Below are positions 14,111-25,300 of a stretch of DNA of 64,000 bases, piece after piece (within the stretch, counting starts at the first letter, position 1; the number at the start of each line of letters is the position of its first letter). The notes below the pieces were generated by a model. The model saw nothing but the letters and a program-made list of their open reading frames with translations, was not told where the DNA came from and made no database searches. Origin of the DNA: Trichoplax sp. H2 (Eukaryota); contig NOWV01000136.1 of the NCBI GenBank assembly GCA_003344405.1, positions 62,001 through 126,000 of the forward strand, given 5' to 3'. A program made the translations under genes and the position numbers.

Positions 14111-15629
14111 TTTACAGTACAGTATTGACTACAGTACACTCTGTACAGTTTCGACTAGATACACTTGCATATTCGTATAATATTGTATTGCCATAACTTG
14201 CCATGACGATAGGGTAATGGCAAGTTGGGAACTGCCATGTCATGAGATTGACCCAGACCAGATACCAAAAACCAAAATCTGACTTTTTTACTACTACGGG
14301 TGGTCCCTCTCTTCTTCTTTCCTGTACCCCCCTCATGATATTACTACAGCCACTACCGTAATTACTTGTCCTACTCTATGGAAAAACGTAACTATCGACG
14401 TTATGTGGAAAATTGCAGCCATCCGGCGGCAACTGTTATGGCAAAATTGTAGCGTTCCCATTCAAATTTAAAGGCTGCTGGAACTTGATACAATGGGCGT
14501 GGTACACAAGTCTCGACCTATCTTCCTACTTGATCACAGGGCACGAGAGAGTCAAATCGACCTTCGACTGGACTTGAGTGGTCCGCGTGCATTTTGAGCC
14601 CCTCGCGTACTCTGTAGCCTCCTAGTAAGCCTAATGCACTTTGGCTTAAAGTTCTTGCTTGCAGGAATGAATTAACAAAAATTGGTTGGACGCTATGGCG
14701 TATGAGGCAGATGTTGAGGTCGAATAATAATAATTATTAGTATTACCCTTTTACAACATCCAACACCAACATTGGGTATCCCTCCCCCTATATAATCTAG
14801 CAAAAAACCAGGCGCTCTCGGCAGTTGCACAAGGTCAATCAAACTTTATTTATTTTATTATTATTATTTTAAATAAAATAAAAATAAATAAATAACGGAA
14901 AGAGTTCAGATCTGTTTTCCTCAACGATAGTTAGTAATTTGATACAGTAAAATTGAGAATGGATTACTATTCAATATTTATAACTGTACAGTATATTACA
15001 CCCCTGTCATGAAAAAAAGTGAATCAGCTAAACGGACATCGGATTTCAAAATGTCCAATTTTACTTTTCACCTATGTTAGTGTAGAAAAACGCCTTGATG
15101 TCTTCGCAAAATGAAGTACAGCCTAATCCACTTTCTACTAGCCCGTTGGAAACTGCAGTAAGGCTAATTTTAGCTAAAGTACACGTAGGCTATCAGGTAG
15201 AACAGTGATCTTGGTTCGACTGCTTGCTAACGGGTCGGTGTGTCATATTCATGGGTATCAACCCTATCGGAATAATTCTACACGGTATCGATCTTCCGCT
15301 TTCAACTCACTTTTTATTCCTTCAATCAACTTTTACGCATCTTTTATCCTTTTAGACGCAGCGATATTACCTCCAATACGTACATTGACTGATAGCTTTT
15401 CAAATGTTGATCCAGTCCATCCATTGATTCAAATTATACATTTGCAATAACAAAATGAGAAGTCATTATACAAGCAATTATAATAAACAAAATGTTCCAA
15501 CTGGGAGACCGGCTTGACGTAGATGTTGAATAGGACATAAAATAAAGTGTCCAAACAGTATTACACGATCACACATGACGTGGATGATCCCAGAGAATAG
15601 CCATGACAGGTGGTACAGTAATCAAGTTA

Positions 15630-16520
15630 TGCACCTGCATGCATCCCTCTCTTTTTAGACACATTTGCAAGAAAAATTGTTTGTAGCCTAAAAAGCACAT
15701 CGAGCACATCCATCAATGTATTGATGGAGTCTATTAGCATCCGACTGACTGATTTGAATGAGTAGCACCATTTACTTGATAACCAAGCAATAAGTATATT
15801 TGTGTATGCCCATTTCTTTTTACTGAAATGGCAACATGACAGTACTTCAATACTGACTAAAAGCCTACATGTATGGCTTGGTTGAAGCAGACTGATCTGT
15901 AAGGAAAATTGCTTGTTGCCTAAAATCATCCCAAGTTGTGCCGACATGTGAATATCATTAGCACAATTGACTTGATAATTTAAATATAATCAATACGCAT
16001 ACTGAAACGTACTTTGCGTTAATCTATTTCTTTTTTAATGAAATTGCAACAATACTTGAATACTGGCTAAATCTGCATACCTCCCTCTGTTTTACAATCA
16101 TATAGACCAGCGTTCCACAAATGCGAAAATTTCGATCCTTGACCCAACCCGAGCCCGACCGTTATAGATTAATTGTCCCCCAAAAAATTGTTGCCTAAAT
16201 TTAAATCCACTCTATCCAACAATGCATTGATCAAGTCTTAGCATCTTGTTGGCTAATTAGCAACATCATTTACTGGATAATTATAATTAACGCGCATATG
16301 TACTTGTACTTAGTATGAACCCCTTTCTTTTCAACTGAAACTGTAGCAATACTGTACTTGAATATCGTACTGACTAAATATATAGCCTGCATCTCTCCCT
16401 TTTAGACTGATGAGTAAGAAAACTTGCTTGTTGCCTAAAATTCTCCATTCCTATACTAATATCTAGTTTTTATCTTTCAACTAAAATTACAATCCTACTT
16501 GAATTCTGACTAAGAAAGCT
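15630..16520. repeat. Degenerate tandem repeat, ~4 copies, period roughly 230-280 bp
   Basis: ttgt(t/a)gcctaaa recurs near 15680, 15913, 16188 and 16428. A gaaa..gcaa..tactt(g/c)aat..tg(a/g)ctaa-type motif recurs near 15843, 16053, 16355 and 16496. Confidence 0.65.
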
Positions 16521-18549
16521 TACTACTACAAAAAGGAAATAAAGGCTTTCTTCGTGAGATTGTCATTAGAATAGTCCTCTTACAATCCAATATTATAAGC
16601 ATACTCCTTTTTCGTATACAATACGCCTATCAGCATATGTTGTATAGTACAATACTTTGCCGCATGCAATGTTAATTAGAAAACAAAAAATTAACTATTG
16701 AACAAACATGTATTGATGCATGATTAGGATAGCTAGACTAATAAGCATATCTACAAAAGCCATAGAAGAAGTCGATTGATTCAGTTATTGTTATAGATAT
16801 GCACATACATTGACGTTAATTGTAATCAGACTGTTGCTAATAAAGGACTAACGTTAATCCCACAAGCTAGTATTCAATTTTTTTTACTCATAACGCTATC
16901 AGACTTGAACTTTCATGACTAACATCATCGTAATCAAGTTAAAAGAAGAAAAAGACACGCATAGAATAGACAAATGATGTTGATTCGATATTACTACATT
17001 GGTCATAAAATCTCATCTTGATTCTTATAGATTATCACTGGCTGTAAGCGAAAGGGAAGATGATCCCATCGTTTGAAACATCTCATAACTGTATTATTTT
17101 AAAGTATTTTCACTACAGCTTACTGAGTAGGAATACTACACATTAACTCATTAAAAAGCGATTAAATTGCACATTGCCTTACTCTATTATCCAACACAAT
17201 AGAACTTGGTGGGACTACTTTTATAAAAAATTAGGGAGAAAGGCATGAAAGTTCATTTTACAGTATGCTGTACGATAATAGTAACTAAAAAAAGGAATAA
17301 TGTAATTATTTCTATCCCATTTGTACTCTATCCAATCAACACACTCTTAGAATAGGAAAACAACTCGTCTACCAACACCATCCAGTTACGTTGATCATGA
17401 ATTTTGTATTGATATTGTTGATGGAAATATCGATTGATTTGGTAGAATAAATAAGGACCAATAATATTTGATTTAATGGACTAATATTGAAGCCATGGTA
17501 CATTATGATGATTCAAGTATGAAAATAAGGATAACCAACATGATTGTATCGGCTATTTTGTAGAATTAGAACAAAAGCCATGTATACCTAGGCAATAGAA
17601 ATGTTCAAGTTAATGATCAGTTATTGTATATCTTGTCAGTGTACATTTGACAACTATTGTTGTGGAGAAAAATAATTGTTGATCACATCCAATAAAGATA
17701 TGGACGCATAAATGCTATTTAGACAAATAAGAGCGATCACTAGTTGAAAGATTGTCAATACAAACAAAAGAATAGTAATAATTAATTAGAGTAAAGAAGG
17801 AGAATTAGCGTGCTATAGCTTTTCCTATTGGAGTGGATCCAGATTTAAATTAATTAGACTACAATAACTTGATCGTATTGCTATGTAAAAACTGGAAATA
17901 GATTGAACGATAGCGCAACTCTACTGTCTTGATCATGCCTGTTAACGATAATTACTACGCCGCGTAGATCTTTCTCCATTCCATTTTAAGCCATCCATTT
18001 ACATGATAACAAGAGTTGCAGTATCCAATCGTGCGATTAAGAATACTTATCCAACATCAATTCTATCACTGTGCCAATTTTTAACATTTTCCATGTTGGA
18101 TCCATTAAATTAGCATCAATAACAACAAGGTTAGTCAGTAATAATACAATTGTCATTTTAGCTGGCTTTTTAAGACGCAGCATGTTGACGCCATCATGAC
18201 TCCGATTGCTATATTGTCAGGACAACTATCATTTTATTCAATCATCAGTTTACTACTTTATCCCAAAGCAATTTTGAAAAATGGGATGGCTTCACGTAAT
18301 AACTCTAATTATAGTTATAGTGTATAGATAAACCGTATTTACACTTTATTTCATGCATGGCAATGCTTGAAGGAATGATTGATCTCTTGAGTTCATTTTC
18401 TCCTCGCTAACGGAGAATCATTTTTTGTTTTACCTTGACGTCTGCTGCCGTTGTTTACCTAGTTGACGTGCTAGCTTTGATTATCATCATGGCTGTTACA
18501 CTACCTTTTGCTTAAATATCAAAAGGATTCATGTTATAAAACGTTCACG

Positions 18550-21500
18550 AATCTTTCCTTGATTTTATAATAACGGTAAACAACACAATAAGAAGACAGT
18601 GATAAATAGTTTTACCATCTACAGTCAAATGATTTTTTTCTTTTTGACCTTTACTAGTCAAAGCATTACCTGTACTTTGCTGTAGCAAACAACGTCTCGT
18701 TTTTTTTATTTTAGTAATCTCTCTTCGATCGAATATATGATCTAAAATTAGTAAAGGTAACAGCTGTTTTTACTCATCGCTCATGATAGTATATTGTTTT
18801 TTTTTTCTTCTTTTATTGAAAGAGTACAAGTTGATGACGACTTTAAATTCTATTTTATTCATCAATTCTTGTGCTACCGCCATAACACGAAACTAAAATG
18901 ACTCCTTCAATGCCATGATATCTAGCCCTTAACTTATCCCTTCAATCCTATATTATTTGATCTCTTTCACGTCTATGTAAATGTCAATGATAATGGATAA
19001 CGCTGACTAAATAATGATATCGTAGCTATGCTATCAACTCAATAGAAGACAGACCAATGCTAAAGAGATTATTCAAAGTGTTGAAAACATATCAATACGC
19101 CGATGATTATAACTTGAAATGATGCCTTGGTCAAAATTCTACAACGACTTGAAGTCGATTTTAGCTTTTATTTTCTTAATAACCTTGACCACGACTTCTA
19201 TTAAGATAACATACTGTAATATAATCATAACTGATGATATCCCTTCATTTTTTACTTGATCTTCTATCTTAACCACAGTAAACTCTGGGATAGAAATTAT
19301 CTTTCATGCCAATTTAAAACTGTAGACAAGAGACGCTATCCTTTGTCATCACTTCATTAATGCAATCCTGTAGCAAGTTACATGTTTCTTATTGACTGAT
19401 CATTGTGACTTCCTAATTATTATTGACCCCTTTCTTCAATTACAAATATACCATCGAGATGAAGATATTTGTAGAATGTCTCTTTTTCTATCGCTTCTTT
19501 TAGCTTCATCATTGGATAGCTATTCAATCTGTAAAGGCTTTCGCTGTAGGATTATCGACATTTACGCTCAGATTGAAAGTGATTGTCCTTCTAGATAGGG
19601 GATTATTTCAAACTTAGCCTTAATTAGATGATTAGACAACACTGTAATTAACAATCACAAAAAAATAGATGGCCTCCATCCATCCTATCAACAAGATGAT
19701 ACTGTATCTATAGAAGCAGATGTTATTGATCTGTGCTCTATCTACTTTTTAATCATTGTAATATTTAAAAGAATAAAGCGAACGCCGATCTCGTTGAAAA
19801 GAGATTAATCATTCTAATTTTAGTTCCTTGTAGGAGGTAGCAAATAAATGCCATTCATGACATGATCGATATAGACAAATACATAGACTATCATGCAGGT
19901 AGACATTATGTTGGAAATAAAAAATCTATCAAACCTTTTTTAAACTCAATTTATCAATAATCTCATTCCGTATCAAGTGACTCTCTTATAGAAGCCAGTC
20001 GGCGATGTAAAACATTGAACAGAAGTGCAATATGAATCTATTATCAAAAGTCGATTATCCCATTTTACTTTGTCATGAAAATCTGCCATACAACATTAGC
20101 ACATTTTTTTTATTCACCTTATCCTGTTCGATACATGAATAGCTACAAATCACAACAAATACGTATTCCTCAGAAAGGAGGTTCAAAATAATTACTGAAG
20201 AGAACAAAAGTTGCCATGAACAACAATAACCCCAAGTTCTATTCCAGTTTAGTCGTCGATATCAGAACGAAACGGCTTTTTCTACCTTTGATAATGGCAC
20301 TGACAACTCTGTTAAGAATAATAAGGATAAACTGTGTCAAGACAAAGCTATAGGGCATAATTTTTATATTGTTCAAATTATAGTCGTGCCCTGTGGGAAT
20401 TTATTGAATGTCCTCTCTAATTGTACCCCTCCGTTGGAATATTAAGTTATTAAAATGATATTTCTACTTATGCCTATTCGTCAATGATTCGTCTTGACAC
20501 ATGCAATTAGAGGGTTGGGTTAACTAATTCGTTCAACAATATAATATCACAGTCAGTGCTTGATCAATGGAAGGAAAAAGTTCCTATACTATTTTACCTA
20601 TTCAAGTGGAATATTAAAGCTAATAATCAACTAAAATTACTATTAAACGACTTGATCATACCGTTGCCCTATCGAGTCGACAGCATCAATACAGTCCAAT
20701 CGCCATGACCATTTCAATGGCAAATACGGAATTGAACCTAGAGTAATTTGCGGTTAACTACATATTTAAAGTATCTCATAGCCGATCATGAGATGTTGAT
20801 TAGCAGGTACTACCATGGCGTTAGTCTAATAAATCATCTATAAAATTGATTAAAGCTCAGCCTATTTTGAACTTTCCTACCCGCTTTGACATTCTTCTTC
20901 CTAATTTGCTGTCCTCCGCTTTTAATGCTGGCTTTCCCATTGCCTATCGTATGTTCTTTTCTTTTTTGCTTCCTATTAGCTTTCTTTTCATCTACTAAAA
21001 CTATCGCTAAGCCGGCTTCAAAGTCAATTAATTATGATTTTAGTGGTCCAATTTTTCTTTATTAAATATTACGTCTTCAAAAAATAGAGTAGAATAGGCG
21101 GGAATGAACACTCGCTTATGGAATTGTAGCAGTCGCTAGTTTAGCGCAAAAGAGATCCTCTTTTCCAGTGATTTTTTCTTCAAATAGAGTCTGCTGCTAT
21201 CAACGTTAGTGCTATCTTACATTCTAAGAAATCTTCCAATTCATTTATCATCTATCGGTAATTAACTTTGTACTTTATTTACTTTATTACCTTGACTCAA
21301 TTGAACATGAGATGATTTAAAATTAGAATTGATGAACATCTTGTTCAGGTAGCCACATATTATACAATATGTTAATAGCCTTGTTTAAGAATAACTATAA
21401 TGCGTGTATATTGTTTCAAGAGAACGACGCCATCTTAACAAAGTCTGTGAACTAATTCTAATCCTCTTTTAAGTTGATATTTTCCATATTAACTTTTATT

Positions 21501-22050
21501 TCACTTCAACATGACACGCAGAATAAGCTTATAAAATAGCCGAGAGTGAAATGGATTTTAAAAAGGACATATTGAAGAAATTAAATACGCTATTTTACAG
21601 TAATTAGATTCTATCCCGCCATAAATTCAATTTAGATTGTATTGGTGAAGTTAGTTGGAGTATACATGGTTGGACAATGAAATTTTTTTCTCGAATAGAT
21701 TCGCAAGATGATGATATCTCAATTTCGTTATATTGTAAACGATTAATTTGTTCGTTATTATCGTAGCAGTTGTACGGTAGATTGAAATAAACAGAAAGGA
21801 CATGGAAAAAATTACTCATCATGTCACTCATTGATAGAACAGTTGGAGTCCACGAAAGACCAGCATTCTCACTTAATATATCCCATAGTTACTATTCAAT
21901 GTAGTTAATGATACCACTTACAAAGCATGGTAAAATAGTTTATTTTAAACTTATCGATTCGCTATCTAGTCAATAACCACTTCTTCAAAGAGTTCGATTA
22001 ACTTCAGACTTTCAATTTGCTGCCCTTCATCGACAGAAATGGCCTAAATG
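18550..22050 (-). pseudogene. Putative heavily decayed multi-RRM gene relic (PARP14/PARP10-like RRM flavour)
   Basis: Stop- and frameshift-interrupted minus-strand peptides: ILLYF../IGPLKS*LIDFEAGLAIVLVDEKKANRKQKRKEHTIGNGKASIK (~20920-21095), AISVDEGQQIESLKLIELFEEVVID*IANR (~21955-22043), ...KGQKEKNHLTVDGKTIY (~18600-18660). The resemblance was judged by eye. Confidence 0.35.
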
Positions 22051-22344
22051 ACACTGAATTAAGTTATAACATGCATGAAGTGCTATTCGAGTAGCGTATA
22101 TTATTGCTGTAGTAAGTAAGTAAATAAATTGGCATATTAGATACAAGTGAATAGTTTCCGTGATCCATAATAATAAAGTTAACATGGCGAGGAAGTTAAT
22201 TGTCGAAGGAGTAGCAATGTCCATGATGAAATTGACGTAATTGACTGGTTTTCATTTCCATGTTGTTATTGAATTGCAGACGGTAGGAAGAAATATGGCA
22301 AGCAGGACGATAAAATAGCATATTGATATCATTTTATCGCCAGG

Positions 22345-25300
22345 ATGGATCCGCCGAAGGTAATTACAGATGTCTGCTTCTTTTTCCTTAATATGCTGCC
22401 AACTTCTACTTATTAATTAGGCAATATTAGATAAGCTAAAGGTATTATCATTGTGGTTTTAGATCACACTCAATACTCGCAATAGACAAAATCGTCAAGA
22501 TTTAGATTCCTGGCTGAAATCATCTCAAGGCAAGTAATTTTTTATTTATCATTAACCAGCACAATTCAAGCACGATACTGTCCACTCTTACTATTGACTA
22601 TACTATTCTACCTTTTACTATCGGATAGCTTGTGAATTTTGTCGTATTTTAGAGGCAAAATACAACAATTTCTATTTCCATATAGCATCATCAAATTAGG
22701 TGATAGTTGATGGATCTAGTCACATTTTGGAGACAAGATACTGTAATGTTACTTTTACTTAATAGTATAAAATTAGCCGATAGTTTGTGAATTGACTCAT
22801 ATTTGGAGGTACGATATTGCAATTCGTAATATAACATTGCCCGATAACTGCTGCATCTAGTCACTTTAAAGAAGCAATTCAAAATTGAAAGCGATTGGTA
22901 GTACTAAATTTGAAAAATGACCTTGTTGATTTAATTTAACACTATTGCATATGATATTTTTACCGTCAGATTGGTAGTGTTAAATTTGAAATATATCCTC
23001 GTTGATTTAATTTAACACTATTGCATATGATATTTTCACCGTCAGATTGGTAGTGCTAAATTTGAAATATAGCCTTGTTGATTTAATTTAACGCTATTGT
23101 ATATGATATTTTTACCGTCAGATTTCAATTATAATCATGGTGGCAGTAAGAGTAATTATGTTAGCTACACTAAAAGATCGATAAACGCTAGAAGTTCCAA
23201 TATCGACACCAGAATCTTAGACAGTTCCTTGCAAGCATCGCAAGACCNNNNNNNNNNNNNNNNNNNNGCGATTGGTAGTACTAAATTTGAAAAATGACCT
23301 TGTTGATTTAATTTAACACTATTGCATATGATATTTTTACCGTCAGATTGATAGTGCTAAATTTGAAATATAACCTTGTTGATTTAATTTAACACTATTG
23401 CATATGATATTTTTACCGTCAGATTGGTAGTGCTAAATTTGAAATATATCCTTGTTGATTTAATTTAAAACTATTGCATACGATATTTTTACCGTCAGAT
23501 CGGTAGAGCTAAATTTGAAATATAACCTTCTTGATTTAATTTAACGCTATTGTATATGATATTTTACCGTCAGATTTCAATTATAATCATGGTGGCAGTA
23601 AGAGTAATTATGTTAGCTACACTAAAAGATCGACAAACGCTAGAAGTTCCAATATCGACACCAGAATCTTAGACAGTTCCTTGCAAGCATCGCAAGACCG
23701 CCATACTAGCCGACATCAAACCCCATCATCACCGATTAACAATGATAAAAAGCGGAAAGAAATGGCACAACTATCGGATGCTATTACAGACAGCCTCTAT
23801 TGGGGGGAAAATTCATCATCGACGACATCATCCACTATTTCCCCTCGACGACCAGTTAAAATACCGGATAAATATCTTTCTTACTTCGTTTCAAAACAAC
23901 CATCAACAAAACACAAGCAAACAAATAGTCCTTTGGCATCATCGTTTTCGTCCAAAGTTAAGCCCGATAGTATAAGTCGTAGTAGTAGCCGTAGTAGCAG
24001 AAAATCCGATATTCATTCTAAACCATCTCAATCACATAGTTTAACATTATACAATCCAAATTCGAATCATCAAGATACCAATAGAAATACTAATCTTTTC
24101 TATAGCATGAACGATCATGATAGTTTCCATAAATTATTTAATCACACAAGTCAAAATAAAACCACCAATGTACCTTCCGATAGCGATCAAGGATCCAAGC
24201 GAAATCGATCGATATTGAAAAGGAAAGTAAAAAAGGTAAGTTTCAATTTTCTATTAAGTGGAAACTTCAATTTCTCCAGTCATATTAATTCATGAAGATG
24301 GATTCACAATCTCGTAGGCTCTAAATAAATACGTTTTGGAATTCAATTGACCATTAAATAGTTAATTTTTCATCATGATACTACAGTAGTATTCCCGATT
24401 GTACTTTACTGATAATATCAAGTAGAATATACTCTTACCCTGTAAGTGCAGAATAGCTATCATGATTATTCTCGTTCTTGAAGGTTACTAGGTCATGAGT
24501 ATCGATCCATTTAGCCCACTCTTTGATCGTAATTTCATAGACTTTTAAACGAAAAGTTCTATTACTCTTGTACCAATTAATCAGAGATTCATCCCCACTC
24601 ACTGACAGACTTTAAGTAGATACATTTTGGATTTCAGTTTTGCCTTCATAGCTAATTTTTTATTATGATTCTTTGATTGTAATTCATGGATAATATCAAG
24701 TAGATCAAACTCCGATCTTAGAACTACAGAATAATATGTCGTTATTATTTTCGTTTTTATTTCAAGTTTATATAAGTATCGATCAATTTTGCCCATTTTT
24801 CAAACAGTGATATCTCAGTCTTAATGTTTTCAATATCTTAACTTAACTTACCCTGTTTAGACTGTTTATATTATTTACATATCATCCAGTATAGCTAGAA
24901 GCAGTTCGTTAGCATACCTATCTCTATACTTTTATGCTTTTTCGGCAAGCGAGTAGCTAAGTTAAAGACATTGGAGACTCATTTCAAGCAATTTAATCTT
25001 ATATACAAGTTCTCTGAATATCCTGTGAGGACACGCTACGACATACTAATACCTTACCTTTTTAAATTGTCGTGCGCCATAACAGTTACCACGTAGTTAA
25101 GCTAAATTACCATACTACTTTAAAAAGAACTGCTGCGATCTGGTATCAGTATACAATTTCCACTTTTAATAAACTTAAAACCTGTTAAAATAGGGCATAA
25201 AACACTGTAGAATCATTTTTCTACCTGATACTCAATCGTTTTGTGCGTAATAATGTACACATGTAAAATCTCTGTGGTCTTCGATTATTATACTTGTATA

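Noticed and set aside
17320..18200. Faint TPR-like fragments (QHTLRIGKQLVYQHHP, DYNNL)
   Set aside because: Too short and not periodic, so they cannot be told from chance.
22178..22191. GTTAACATGGCGAG as an X-box upstream of the Sfi1-like gene
   Set aside because: Both half-sites deviate from the consensus; too weak to call.
22893..23573. Regularly spaced repeats as a CRISPR array (also 13191-13355)
   Set aside because: The units are contiguous with no unique spacers, the context is eukaryotic and there are no cas genes.
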